Shown here: piece after piece, positions 13,572-27,995 of the stretch
How positions within the stretch are numbered: the stretch's first letter is position 1
How the letters are laid out: every line of letters starts with the position of its first letter
NCBI GenBank assembly: GCA_012295275.1
Contig: CM022677.1
Location: 1,798,001 to 1,862,000 of the forward strand
Reading direction: 5' to 3'
Source of the DNA: Chrysomallon squamiferum
Taxonomy: Eukaryota; Animalia; Mollusca
Length of the DNA: 64,000 bases
The notes under the pieces: generated by a model
What the model saw: only the letters and a program-made list of their open reading frames with translations
Databases searched by the model: none
Told to the model about the DNA's origin: nothing
Translations under genes and position numbers: made by a program

Positions 13572-16569
13572 GCACACTGAACGTAACCTCGTTCTCCGAG
13601 TGTGGAAATAAATGCTGACATGTAATATCTCTGTTTACCTCGCTTTAGCCCGCCTGAACCGAGAGCAATGTAAACATGGACGACACCCAGTCGTATTTCA
13701 CGTCACAGGCTAGTCACGTGATGTTTGACATTACTTTCTTGTACGGCGTGAAAACAGACACTTTTTTGTTGATTTGTTTCAAAGGACACTGTCTCGTTTA
13801 TTAGTGAGTAAAGTACGTAAAAGCCTCAGAGTACGATACGTGTATTCACTTCACATAGAAACGAGAAAACTAGGTTAGAGAAGGCTGTTCTTATTAATAA
13901 ATAATAATAATAATATAATAATAATAATATTCTGTCGAGTTCACACACGAAAATATTTCAGATGATAATAAACAATGAGATTATTTTCAGAGTTTTGTTA
14001 TCTCATCTAGAGCCAAACTGTGTGGTTTAAATACACTTCTGATACAGTATGTTAAAAAAAAACAAAAAAAAAAAACAAAAAATGAAATATATATATATAA
14101 AAAAAATAATTGAAAAAGAATACTTCAGTTTTTTTAAATACGTGTAGCCATATTGCTTTCTAAACTGGTTTATATGTATTCATTTTGTCAAATACAAATC
14201 GTTACCATTCCAAAACTGTAAAAAATATTAATTATCAGCTGATCAACTGAATTTTATTCTGTTACACACAACCAACAGACATCTGTGATGTGAATAAACA
14301 GATGGACAGACAGATACACAGAAAGTCAGTCAGACACACTGACAGATAGATAGGTAGGTAGGTAGGTAGATAGATAGATAAAATATATACGCAGAAAGCC
14401 AAAGACAGACAGAGAAACGTATGGATAAATATGTAATGCAAGAGGATGAACGGACAATAAACACATATACACACTTAAATACATACATACACATATACAT
14501 ACATATACATACATATACATATATTTGCATGTATACGTATAGATATATACGTATGCATATGTATGTATATGTATGTTTATGTCGTGTGTGTGTGTGTGTG
14601 TAAAGAAAAATGATTAAAAAAGTGTGTAAGATCCAGAATATAATATATTCTTCTAAGCTTGCTGTTTTTATATTTAGTCAAAGGAGGAAGGTTACATGAT
14701 ACTGAATAAAAACTGTTGAAGATAAACAAAAGATGACGATGATAATAAGAATAACAAAACAACAAATTTATAACACACACACACACACACACGCACACAT
14801 AAACAAATATTCGAAATGAAAGAGTGAAAGATTAACGATGTGTAAAGAAACATAATAAATAAAAAAAAAATAAAAAAAATAACCCATGAAAGAAAAAATA
14901 TGTATGTGTACAGGACAATGTAAAAATAGAATAATCCAGGTAAATTATTACGATAAATTTATAAAAATTAATTTAAACAAAATAAAATAAAATAAATAAT
15001 AATAAAAAATGTATGTATGAAAATTAACATTTTTATTGTTGTTGTTGTAGTCATCATCATCGTTATTGTCAACATCATTATTTGTTAGTTAATTTATTAT
15101 TGTTGTTGTTGTTGTTATATGTGTTGATTTTTAAAAAGCTTTAGTTTAGATGTGATGTTAATTAATGAGATAATTCAGATGCTTATCACGATTTTCTATA
15201 TAATAATAATAATCATAACAAAGAAGACAGAATACTGACAGCGAATGACACAGCGAAAATATGATCTGTCAGTTTTTACAAAACGCGCCGATTATTTTTT
15301 TGTAAACAGAATAGTCGATCATAATTCTTTTATTCTTCTATTGTCGGATCGTGACATCGTTTATTTTTTATTTTTTCTACTTTTTATTTATTTATTTTTA
15401 TTTGTTTTTTTAAGAATGAACGACATATTCATTTGAAATAGCAGTTCAATAGAAAATTCAGGATTCTGTAACAAATATAGAACAACGTCACGTTTTCTTT
15501 TTTACTGAATAAGAAATTAGAGACTGTTACTATAGATAAAATGATGTCACAGTCTGACTGAATGGAAATGAAACAAGAGAAAGGTATAAGTGACGTCACT
15601 GTTTGTTTTTGGCACGGGTAGCTAGCACAACGAGATAGCGTTACACGCTGTGACGTAACTGGTATATTTATCATGTCTTATGAGTAATAGGTGTAACTGT
15701 AAACATTAGTCACCGAACATTACACTATTCACATGTCTTTATATTACTCTGATTTCAAAACAAAAACAAATAAATAAATATGATAAATAAGTTTCTGTTA
15801 AATTTACATACAACCTAAATATCTTTTTCCCACCTAATTAATGAACACTAATTACAGTATGTAAGATTTTTTTATTAATAAATTAATTAACGTTTATATT
15901 TATATTTCTGTGCGTTTCCTCATATCTTGTTATTATTGTACAGTATTTTTTTGTTTGTTATAACTAGGTGTTGCGACAGCGTAATAAAATATTCACACAG
16001 AATATTAATAGATTACATGGTAACCTTTTGAAATAGTACTCGGTTTTTATCTAGCGATAGGAAAAGAGAGAGAAAAACAACAACAATAACAATATAAAAT
16101 CACATATAAAGGAATATTATGTCAGTATTTTGTCACGTTTACATATATATAAAACATACACACGAACATACACAGATTGTGATTAATAATAATATAGGTA
16201 AAATTCCCACATTGCCTGTCTTCCAAGTGTTAGCAACAAGCTCTATTAAATTCACAAAAACTGAAAAGATTTCAAACATCAGTTATGTGAAAATTACCTG
16301 ATGAGCCACTGACAAGCTTTGATTCAGCAGTCGTCCTCATGTTACAGTTTTGAAACGGTTAAGTTTGTAATTAGTAATAACAGAAAGTAAATACATAAAT
16401 AACTGCTTTTGTAGTATTATTATCTTCATTTGTGACTCTTGTTGTTGTTATTTATTTATTTAAAGTTATTTTTGTTTTCCTTATTGGAATAATGTTTGTT
16501 CAAAATTCGTGAAAAACATCTTGTTCAGGCACGACACCCAGCTGGTTGAACGATCGTTTAGTGTTCTGG

Positions 16570-16995
16570 GTGCTGCAAGCTGGTTGTGCAAGTTCGTAGT
16601 GACGTCACGCTGCTGACACGTCAGTCTTGTTGTCTGTGCTGCAAGCTGGTTGTGCGAGTTCGTAGTGACGTCACGCTGCTGACACGTCAATCTTGTTGTC
16701 TGTGCTGCACGCTGGTTGTGCGAGTTCGTAGTGACGTCACGCTGCTGACACGTCAGTCTTGTTGTCTGGGTGCTGCAAGCTGGTTGTGCGAGTTCTTAGT
16801 GACGTCACGCTGCTGACACGTCAATCTTGTTGTCTGTGCTGCACGCTGGTTGTGCGAGTTCGTAGTGACGTCACGCTGCTGACACGTCAGTCTTGTTGTC
16901 TGGGTGCTGCAAGCTGGTTGTGCGAGTTCGTAGTGACGTCACGCTGCTGACACGTCAGTCTTGTTGTCTGGGTGCTGCACGCTGCACGTCAGTCT
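16570..16995 (+). repeat. 66/68-bp GC-rich minisatellite, 6 units plus a partial
   Basis: Unit gtgctgcaagctggttgtgcgagttcgtagtgacgtcacgctgctgacacgtcagtcttgttgtct(gg); starts at 16570, 16636, 16702, 16770, 16836, 16904. Confidence 0.95.
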
Positions 16996-17217
16996 TATTG
17001 TCGTGGTATGAATTTACATTAAAAAAAAAAATCGGTCACGAAGCAAAAGCAAATTCGTAGCCGATAGCAACAGTTTATTTTGAAGTGCACACATAGTCTA
17101 TATATATTTTTTAATGTATTCGCTATTGCAAAGATTCACCTGTACTTTGAGTTACAGGATTTAGAAATAAGATTTAAGAGACCTACATTCAGGTGTGTTT
17201 CTCTGGGTGTCATAATG

Positions 17218-17248
<31 letters not shown>

Positions 17249-17283
17249 AATGAAAGGTAAACTATAGTACCTTCCATTTAGCT

Positions 17284-17591
17284 CACTGGTTTTCTGACTT
17301 TTTCATTCCGCGACCCCTTATGAGCAATTCAATATGACAGATGACCCCTTTAAAAACATTTATCAATAATACCTAGGGTTACCATATTTTCATCAACCAA
17401 AGACAGTTCAAAAGGAATCTATATTCACTGAGACGGGTCCCAAACCAATATACACGTTTTTATTTATTCCTCCTTCCAAGTCAAGTTGAAAAAATCTAAA
17501 CCATACCCTCGCTCAAGAATGATCTCGCGACTTCCAGAACAGAGTGTGGCGACCTCTCTGGTGTTCGCGACCCTCAGGTTGAAAACCTATG
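17284..17591. mobile_element. hAT (Charlie-like) MITE
   Basis: 8-bp TSD atttagct on both sides. Imperfect TIR cactggttttctgac / gttgaaaacctatg and subterminal cgcgaccc motifs. Confidence 0.88.
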
Positions 17592-17623
17592 ATTTAGCTG
17601 TAGTAGTAACACTGACTAATAAC

Positions 17624-17697
<74 letters not shown>

Positions 17698-18659
17698 TAA
17701 TAATAAAAGATAATAAAAGATAATAATAATAAAAACAAAGATAAAAATAAATACAAATACAAAAATATATATGTATGTGTGTATATGTATGTATGTATGT
17801 ATAGGAGTAGTAGTAGTAGTAGTAGTAGTAGTAATAACAAATAAATAAATAAATAATAAAAAGTACAGGTATTTTAAGACTGATAATTCAGGCTGCAGGA
17901 AATAAATGACGAATGTACACACACCTCATTTCTCTGTATACATCTTGAACAGGACTACAAATTCTTACAAAGAAATACGTGCTTAAACCTTTCATGTTAT
18001 GGTGGAATAACTGTCACAGCTATCGGATTATTAACATGAAGTATAAACAGAGCTGTCAGAAGTATTTAATCTGTTGTTTAAATATTCTGTATGTATGATG
18101 GTTAAAAATAAACGATGTCAGTGCAAATTACTATTATTACCGTTTACTTTCTTACTGCTAAATTATTATTCGATCACAGACGCACGGAAATTGACCAGTT
18201 AGTTCAAAGACTTGTGTAGCTGGTAGAGATGTTCAGTCTCAGTTTTTCTTTTACTTCTTGCGCCAGTGGAAATGTTAACGTCGCTTTTTAACCCGGGCAG
18301 ACGTAAATTCGAAAGGTCGCGAGTCGACGATCGTGTGCAGTGTCTAAACTAAACCAGATAACTCTTTGACAGTACCGGTAGAGTTCTCTCCCTTCATTTA
18401 TTCGAAAAGAATCTTTTTATCACTGATCGGCAGAACTAAATCTTTGGCGCCCTGAAGTTTCAACTTTTATGAGAAGCTTTTGAAATCAGAAACGAGATCT
18501 GCGTCACCACTTTTATTATGTCCTGTGGGTTTCTTCTGTGATAGTTATAAAATTTATTTACGGTCGGTTAGATTCAGCTATGTATGTAGTTTAGTATTTT
18601 GAATGTTCTCTGTCTTGTGTACGTCTGATTAAACTCTGCACACAGACAATATTCGGGAA

Positions 18660-18860
18660 CGCACTGGCGCAAGAGGACAAAGTCCAATTACGACATCACA
18701 AACCCTTCAGATGCCGCTGACGAGACTCGAACGTATGACACTCATTCGCCAGCACTCCGAAGGCTGACGATGTAACCGTTCGGCCACCGAGAGAACGGTA
18801 AAAAAAAAAAAGTTGCTCAGTAACCGAGGTAATCATCGCTTCCCATGAAGCACGCCGTTC
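18660..18860 (-). mobile_element. tRNA-derived SINE-like element (copy in b)
   Basis: Reverse complement of 45830-46027 with A and B boxes. Confidence 0.7.
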
Positions 18861-19228
18861 TTTGTCTTTCGTCATTACTGCGTGAATCTATTTTTTGTGG
18901 GTAACTGGGCATTCGCAAGTATGTAGTTTAGGATTTTGAATATTATGTGTATGTATGTGTGTATTATGTATGTATTTATGTATGTTTGTTTTCTATTCTA
19001 TCAACAGTTATCAATGAAAGTAAAAAGTTTTTGTTTTTTTCTAATTTCTTTTAAGGGATTATTATTATTGACTAATTTATTTCATAATAATTGCAGATAT
19101 GCTGTGTATCATTAATACTCGTTCAGTCTAATTATAAACAAATGGATACAAGAGAGAGAGAAAGAATGTAAAAAAAAAGAAAGAAAGAAAGAAAGAAAGA
19201 AATATAAAAAATTCAATAAATAAAGAAA

Positions 19229-19260
<32 letters not shown>

Positions 19261-19771
19261 TAAAAAAATAAATAAAAGAAGTACAAAAATAAAAATAACC
19301 AAAGCAACATCAAACGATTTAAATTAATAAGGTGAGACTTCTGTGAATCTGGAGAGAAAAGACAGAGAGACAGTTAATAAGAAAACACAAAAGAAAGAAA
19401 GTTTAAATAAAGATTTAAATTAATAAGGTGAGACTTCTGTGAATCTGGAGAGAAAAGACAGAGAGACAGTTAATAAGAAAACACAAAAGAAAGAAAATTT
19501 AAATAACTTGCCTGCAGCCTGCGCTGTTGAATACGCTTTGTATTTGTCACGTGCTAGGGTTGGTGTACCCTTAAATAAAATAAATCTGACTCACCACATG
19601 TTTGAACAGAATAAGATACAAAGAATAAATACGGTAATGAGCTGGTATCAGTCCTCTTCTAAATAAATAAATAAATAAATAAATAAAAATTATAATAAAC
19701 TGCTATATGTATTGGAATGATAAAATTAAATAAATGAATTAAAATATAATAATAAATAAAGATTCAGTAGC

Positions 19772-19814
<43 letters not shown>

Positions 19815-19952
19815 ATAATAATAACAATAAGAAGAAGAAGAAGAAAAATGAAATAGTGCCATCAGCTCCATATTAAATGATCTAAGTTCTTTATCTTCGT
19901 TGTAATTATATTACAGACGTAATTTGTCAGCACTTGCTACTGAGCATACATG

Positions 19953-20089
19953 TCTGTGTTTACTTATATATGTGTTTACTTATATCTGTATTTACTTATA
20001 TCTGTATTTACTTATATCTGTATTTACTTATATCTGTGTTTACTTATATCTGTGTTTACTTATATCTGTATTTACTTATATCTGTATTT
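19953..20089 (+). repeat. 16-bp minisatellite (tgtRtttacttatatc) x ~8
   Basis: Direct tandem visible at the start of unique segment X. Confidence 0.9.
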
Positions 20090-20236
20090 CAGTCAGTTGA
20101 AAGTATTGAAATTGTTGGCGTCATCATAAAAGGAAAATTGAAAGTTGATAAAACTATTTTCAGTTATATGATGTTTTTATTTATTTTTTAATAATAATAA
20201 TGATAATAATAATAATAATAGTAATAATAGAAATTA

Positions 20237-20277
<41 letters not shown>

Positions 20278-23200
20278 TTTTTTTTTATAAATCCTAAGTT
20301 GTTAAATTTCAACTTAGTTAATTTAATATGTTCCAGTACTTTGGTAACTTATAAGATACATTTTTTTTACTTAAAATAAAAAGGAGTAAATTAAACATGA
20401 ACATTTTAAGTACATGTTGTCATTATTAGAAACAATATTCATTAAAAATATTTTCATTATAAAAATATAACAAGATTTGTAATGGAAAACAATAGTTTAA
20501 GCATTAATTTGAAGAAAAGAGTTATAATTCTACTCAAACAGAAATATCTTGTATTTGTATATCTGTTAATATAAACAAACACACATTTTTACTGAATTAA
20601 TTTTACGAAACAAATAACTGATTAATTATTCTTAATTTCACAGCTACTTATGTCACATGACACGGAGCAGACATTACTGAAGTTTGTCTTGCTTCACTTG
20701 ACTTCATTTTCTCACAGTTTTCTGATGTCAACTTTTCTGACTAGACAAAAGACACACAAAACTGGTGTCTGAGAAAACTGTCATTTTTGACTTCATTCAA
20801 AGGTAAATATAATTCAGTTATTGTAAAAAGTGCATGTTTAAAAGTTTGACCTCAGTGACTGGTAACAGAAATGAATTCTTCCTAGCTGAAGAACACAAGT
20901 TAATCAGTTAAACCACTGAGTGTATTCTTCAGTTTTGATATTTATTTACTTTTTATTTTTAAACACTTTGCTTGAATTATTTACCTTTTAATTTGATAAC
21001 TATTAATTAATTAATATGGTTATATTTTTATGTTGTAAGTGTTTTAATTTCAAGTATTTACTTCATCTTTCGGTTTAAAATTTTTAAAATTAGTTTTTTA
21101 TTTCAGTTGCAGTTTTATACATTTTAATCTCAGTAATTAAACTATTTTTGGGAGATGATTTATTTCACATCATTATTTTTATTTGTTTTTCAAGACAAAT
21201 TATCTGTTGTGCAGAATCATACCTGTAATTCATGTCATTACCCAGTCACTGGAATAAAACCTGAGTGTGTGTCTGATTTCTGGTTCAGGTCTTTTAGCTC
21301 ACACATTTGTCTATTTATAGTTACATGTCAGTGCTTTGTCACACGTGTTTCACAAACAGTGTGTGCTTTCAGTTTATGAGATTGTACACTTTGTATATTT
21401 TTCAGTTTTGGCCTTAGATTTATTTATTTATTTTTGACTAAAAAATCTGTATTAATTATAATATGTAAATAAAAGTGCCTTTAAATGCCAATTTAAGTGT
21501 TTAATTAAATGTCTGTTTAACTATCTATAATACCCTTTTATGGTAAAATAAGAAATGTCAAACTGTTAATCGTAGTTTTTAAATTTTAGAGGTAATTAAG
21601 TTATGGCAATTTTTTTGTAATAAACAGTTTTAAAATTTTGCAGCCAAAGTCTGTTTTCTCTCACTCTTTGACTCTGCTGATTTCACTGACATCTGCAGGA
21701 ATCTAATATTACAAAACTCAGCATTTTGACAAGCGAGCATTTGTACAACCAGGCAGTTTCCTTTGAAAAAACCCACTCAGGGCAAGGGAGATAACCATGC
21801 AAAATTTGGCCTTGTTTTGATAAGCATTTGGATATAGTAAGATACTTTTCTCACTTACTTTGGTGTCATCATTAAGGAGTGTAATCTGTGTTATTAACTG
21901 TTTATCATATATCATACCACCATTATAATAAATTACTGAGTTTGAATTTACTAATCCCTGTCATAATTCACTAAAAGGTGCACCCTACTTATTGGCACTT
22001 TTTTAATAAAAGACAAAAACAAAACATATTATTACTATAAACAGTATTGATTTTGTAGTTGTTGTTACTAGTATTGATACTAAGTGTTTATTTTTCTTCC
22101 ATATTTTTCAAGATAAAACAAAATCAGGTTATTTAAATTCAACCAAATTTACTTACACATATATAAAATTACAATATTAAATATTTTAAATATTTTTTGT
22201 TTATAATTTAGTTTAATAAATTCAGATGAATTTTGTTTTGTAATGTTTTGAATTTAAACTAAACAATAATATACCTTTTATTCGGATAAACTGTTTTGAG
22301 ATAAAACATTTTATACTTTCTGTAATTAATTTTCTAATGTTTCATACAGTACAAGGAGTAATACAAATGTGTAATTTCCACCTAATTTATTCAATGAAGA
22401 TATAAAAAAATAAAAAATATATTTAGTCTCAATTTTAATACATAGAAAACATTCAGCAGTCCTCTTGAGATTGTTTTTGTAAATTTCAGATGAGATTTTT
22501 AACTTTGTGACGTGATTTTATTTCTTTCTTTTTCTGAACTCACTAACAAAGCAGACTTTGACAGTTCAGTAGAGACACAGCAAGTTTCCAGGTATAGGCA
22601 AATCAAGGTATTATATAATTAATTTATAGCCATACAAAACTAATGTAAATAAAAAGTAAATGTAAAGTTTTAGTGTCATGCTGAAATACTGTTAAATTAC
22701 ATTTTAAAATATTCTCTCTGTTGAATATTCAGTTATTAATATTATTAGTCCAGTATTACAAATTTAAAACATCTTGAATTGACTCAACAAAAACAACATC
22801 AACACCCCTACAGTTCAGTAGGTGAACGTTAAGCTGGGCCATTCACCTCCCCGAGCCGTGTACCACTCTATTTATATGACTGTATTTTCCTGGAATTAAA
22901 CAAGTTATTAAGTTTTACAAATAATCTGTATCATACAACACAGATCAGTGAGTACTTAAAAACTGCTCACCTAGGTAATGGAGAGATGTTTTGGTGCCAT
23001 TTTGGAATTCATCAAACTTTAGTGTGTTGGTTTTTAAACAACATATTTTATTTGAATGGTACGCTGAATGTGTAGTCTATGACTGCCAAGTTTAAAAACA
23101 TAAACTTCCAGATAACTGTGTATTCTGCTGTATTGATGTACTCTCCATGTTGGATAATAATTAGTGTTTTGTTATCGCTGGATAAATTAAGAATGAGTTT

Positions 23201-23659
23201 CACAAATTTCACCGTCTGGGATTTCGACTATAGTTTTCCGTAACAGTGATTTTATACATTCACTTGAAATTATTTCCTAAGTGAAATATTCAGTTCAATG
23301 GTGTTTAAAAAAAATCTGAGCAACAGAATAAGACACAGGTAAAGTTGGCTAAAATAAAAATGCTGATTTAAATGTATGATTACCACAGCTACAGAAATAA
23401 AAATGAATTATTGACTCCTTTCTGTCCATGATGGTTTCTCCATAATGTTTAAGTTAATTATTTCACTAACGGAACTTTGTGTGTTTTGTATTTGGACTAA
23501 TTCTTTTCTGTCACATTTTGGAAATGGAATTTTTGTCTTTAACTTCAAAAAAAAGAAAAAAAAGAAAGAAATACAACTAAATATATATATATTCTATATT
23601 TCAATTTATTAAAAATGTTTTTCTACAAAATTAAGAAACAAAGCGAAAACAGTTGAAGT

Positions 23660-24040
23660 AAAATATTCAGGTTACGTTTATGTGAAAAAAATATTTCTTC
23701 TAATATTGTCTTTATCATTTTTATGTATCAAAAAATTCTTAAAACATCTTAAAGAAAACTGATAAAACAACTATTTTTATCTATTTTGTACATCCAACAC
23801 TCATGCTATAATCTATATATAATATTTAATAAATACACTTAACTTTGCCAAAATCTTCTTTTGATTAAAATCTTTGTTCACTATTTACTGATTTCATTGG
23901 TATCGGAAATGTCACATTAATTTTCAAAGACTCACATCTGATTTATTTGATTTTCTCCATATTGTCTTTTCTTTTTTCCACTTTTGTTGATAATATTGGA
24001 ATCTTCATCCTGAGAAATGGCTAACTGTCATTTGAGAAAG
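23660..24040 (+). repeat. Diverged copy of 10600-10945 (dispersed AT-rich repeat; also an inverted fragment at ~4170-4270 and the mirror at ~54350-54700)
   Basis: Shared tttcttctaatattgtctttat, tttgtacatccaacactcat, tttcattggtatc.gaaatgtcacat and aatggctaactgtc. Confidence 0.75.
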
Positions 24041-25220
24041 AAAATGAGCCACGCAGTCATTTGAAATAGCAGTTCAATAGAAAATTCAGGATTCTGTAAC
24101 AAATATAGAACAACGTCATTTTTTTTTTTTTTTTTTTTTTTACTGAATAAGAAACTAGAGACTGTTACTATAGATAAAATGATGTCACAGTCTGACTGAA
24201 TGGAAATGAAACAAGAGAAAGGTATAAGTGACGTCACTATTTGTTTTTGGCACGGGTGGCTAGCACAACGAGATAGCGTTACACGCTGTGACGTAACTGG
24301 TATATTTATCATGTATTATGAGTAATAGGTGTAACTGTAAACATTAGTCACCGAACATTACAGTATTCACATGTCTTTATATTACTCTGATTTCAAAACA
24401 AAAATAAATAAATAAATATGATAAATAAGTTTCTGTTATATTTACATACAACCTAAATCTCTTTTTCCCACCTAATTAGTGAACACTAATTACAGTATGT
24501 CAGATTTTTTTATTAATAAATTAATTAACGTTTATATTTCTATTTCTGTGCGTTTCCTCATATCTTGTTATTATTGTACAGTATTTTTTTTTTTTATTTG
24601 TTATAACTAGGTGTTGCGACAGCGTAATAAAATATTGACACAGAATATTAACAGATTACATGGTAACCTTTTGAACTAGTACTCGGTTTTTATCTAGCGA
24701 TAGAAAAAGAGAGAGAAAAACAACAACAACAACAATATAAAATCACATATAAAGGAATATTATGTCAGTATTTTGTCACGTTTACATATATATAAAACAT
24801 ACACACACACACGAACACACACAGATTGTCATTAATAATAATATAGGTAAAATTCCCACATTGCCTGTATTCCAAGTGTTAGCAACAAGCTCTATTAAAT
24901 TCACAAAAAATTGAAAAGATTTCAAACATCAGTTATGTGAAAATTACCTGATGAGCCACTGACAAGCTTTGATCCAGCAGTCGTCCGCATGTTACAGTTT
25001 TGAAACGGTTAAGCTTGTAATTAGTAATAACAGAAAGTAAATACATAAATAACAGTTTTTGTATTATTATTATCTTCATTTGTGACTCTTGTTGTTATTT
25101 ATTTATTTATTTAAAGTTATTTTTGTTTTCCTTATTGGAATAATGTTTGTTCAAAATTCGTGAAAAACATCTTGTTCAGGCACGACACCCAGCTGGTTGA
25201 ACGATCGTTTAGTGTTCTGG

Positions 25221-25652
25221 GTGCTGCAAGCTGGTTGTGCAAGTTCGTAGTGACGTCACACTGCTGACACGTCAGTCTTGTTGTCTGGGTGCTGCAAGCT
25301 GGTTGTGCGAGTTCGTAGTGACGTCACGCTGCTGACACGTCAGTCTTGTTGTCTGGGTGCTGCAAGCTGGTTGTGCGAGTTCGTAGTGACGTCACGCTGC
25401 TGACACGTCAGTCTTGTTGTCTGGGTGCTGCAAGCTGGTTGTGCGAGTTCGTAGTGACGTCACGCTGCTGACACGTCAGTCTTGTTGTCTGGGTGCTGCA
25501 AGCTGGTTGTGCGAGTTCGTAGTGACGTCACGCTGCTGACACGTCAGTCTTGTTGTCTGGGTGCTGCAAGCTGGTTGTGCGAGTTCGTAGTGACGTCACG
25601 CTGCTGACACGTCAGTCTTGTTGTCTGGGTGCTGCACGCTGCACGTCAGTCT
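25221..25652 (+). repeat. 68-bp minisatellite, 6 units plus a partial
   Basis: Units every 68 bp from 25221. Confidence 0.95.
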
Positions 25653-25955
25653 TATTGTCGTGGTATGAATTTACATTAAAAACAAAAAAAAAAAAAAAAA
25701 TCGGTCACGAAGCAAAAGCAAATTCGTAGCCGATAGCAACAGTTTATTTTGAAGTGCACACATAGTCTATATATATTTTTTAATGTATTCGCTATAGCAA
25801 AGATTCACCTGTACTTTGAGTAACAGGATTTAGAAATAAGATTTAAGAGACCTACATTCAGGTGTGTTTCTCTGTGTGTCATAATGAAAAAAAAAAAAAA
25901 AAAAAATATAAAAGAAAATAAATAAAAGGTAAACTATAGTACCTTCCATTTAGCT

Positions 25956-26263
25956 CACTGGTTTTCTGACTTTTTCATACCGCGACCCCTTATGAGCAAT
26001 TCAATATGACAGATGACCCCTTTAAAAACATTTATCAATAATACCTAGGGTTACCATATTTTCATCAACCAAAGACAGTTCAAAAGGAATCTATATTCAC
26101 TGAGACGGGTCCCAAACCAATCTACACGTTTTTATTTATTCCTCCTTCCAAGTCAAGTTGAAAAAATCTAAACCATACCCTCGCTCAAGAACGATCTCGC
26201 GACCCCCAGAAAAAAGTCTGGCGACCTCTCTGGGGTTCGCGACCCTCAGGTTGAAAACCTATG
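25956..26263. mobile_element. hAT MITE, duplicated copy in b'
   Basis: Same TSD atttagct and same termini; copied with the block, not a new insertion. Confidence 0.88.
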
Positions 26264-26288
26264 ATTTAGCTGTAGTAGTAACACTGAC

Positions 26289-26348
<60 letters not shown>

Positions 26349-26435
26349 TAATAAAAAATAATAAATAAATAAAAATAAAAAAAAAATATATATGTAAAAA
26401 ATATATATGTGTATATGTATGTATGTATGTATGTA

Positions 26436-26467
<32 letters not shown>

Positions 26468-27358
26468 ATAATAATAAAAAAATAAATAAATAAAAAAAAA
26501 TAAAAATAAATAAAAAAAATACAGGTATTTTAAGACTGTGATAATTCAGGCTGCAGGAAATAAATGACGAATGTACACACACCTCATTTCTCTGTATACA
26601 TCTTGAACAGGACTACAAATTCTTACAAAGAAATACGTGCTTAAACCTTTCATGGTGGAATAACTGTCACAGCTATCGGATTATTAACATGAAGTATAAA
26701 CAGAGCTGTTAGAAGTATTTAATCTGTTGTTTAAATATTCTGTATGTATGATAGTTAAAAATAAACGATGTCAGTGCAAATTACTATTATTACCGTTTAC
26801 TTTCTTACTGCTAAATTATTATTTGATCACAGACGCACGGAAATTGACCAGTTAGTTCAAAGACTTGTGTAGCTGGTAGAGATGTTCAGTCTCAGTTTTT
26901 CTTTTACTTCTTCTTTTTTTTAATTTTTAATTTTTATTTAAAAGGACGAGAAACGTCTTGCGCCAGTGGAAATGTTAACGTAGCTTTTTAACCCGGGCAG
27001 ACGTAAATTCGAAAGGTCGCCAGTCGACGATCGTCTGCAGTGTCTAAACTAAACCAGATAACTCTTTGACAGTACCGGTAGAGTCCTCTCCCTTCATTTA
27101 TTCGAAAATAATTTTTTATCACTGATCGGCAGAACTAAATCTTTGGCGCCCTGAAGTTTCAACTTTTATGAGAAGCTTTTGAAATCAGAAACGAGATCTG
27201 CATCACCACTTTTATTATGTCCTGTGGGTTTCTTCTGTGATAGTTATAAAATTTATTTACGGTCTGTTAGATTCAACTATGTATGTAGTTTAGCATTTTG
27301 AATGTTCTCTGTTTGTGTACGTCTGATTAGACTCTGCACACAGACAATATTCGGGAAC

Positions 27359-27560
27359 GCACTGGCGCATGAGGACAAAGTCCAATCACGACCTCACAAA
27401 TCCTTCAGATGCCGCTGACGAGACTCGAACGTATGACACTCATTCGCCCGCACTCCGAAGGCAGACGATGTTACCGTTCGGCCACCGAGAGAACCGTAAA
27501 AAAAAAAAAAAAGTTGCTCAGTAACCGAGGTAATCATCGCTTCCCACGAAGCACGCCGTT
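27359..27560 (-). mobile_element. tRNA-derived SINE-like element (copy in b')
   Basis: Same as above. Confidence 0.7.
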
Positions 27561-27995
27561 CTTTGTCTTTCGTCATTTCTGCGTGAATCTATTTTTTGTG
27601 GGAAACTGGGCATTCGCAAGTATGTAGTTTAGGATTTTGAATATTATGTGTATGTATGTGTGTGTGTATATTATTTATGTATGTTTGTTTTCTATTCTAT
27701 CAAAAATTATCAATGAAAGTAAAAAGTTTTTTTTTGTTTTCTATTTTTTTTTAAGGGATTATTATTATTGACTAATTTATTTCATAATAATTGCAGATAT
27801 GCTGTGTATCATTAATACTCGTTCAGTCTAATTATAAACAAATGGATACATGAGAGAGAGAAAGAATGTAAAAAAAAAGAAAGAAAGAAATAAAAAAAAA
27901 AAAAATAAAAAAGAAAATAAATAAAAAACTTAAGTAAATAAATAAAAGAAATAAAGTAAATAAAAAAATAAAAATAAATAAAAGCAAAATCAAAC

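Larger units (their letters stand above)
6741..19912 (+). repeat. Segmental duplication, left arm part 1 (blocks a+b); inverted copy at 44571-58389
   Basis: Colinear reverse-complement match, e.g. tagtttgatttcgctgtcg at 6741 vs 58371-58389. Mirrored ORF-track peptides (11272+/53811-, 15245+/49809-, 19439+/44828-). High identity with small indels. Confidence 0.95.

Noticed and set aside
16570-16995. CRISPR-like array or Cys-rich (metallothionein-like) repeat ORFs in the 66/68-bp repeat
   Set aside because: There are no unique spacers and the context is eukaryotic. 68-bp units break the frame, and the b' copy is all 68-mers.
19439-19666. 75-aa ORF conserved in three copies (MNLERKDRET...)
   Set aside because: GTG start inside the 96-bp VNTR; conservation is explained by recent duplication.
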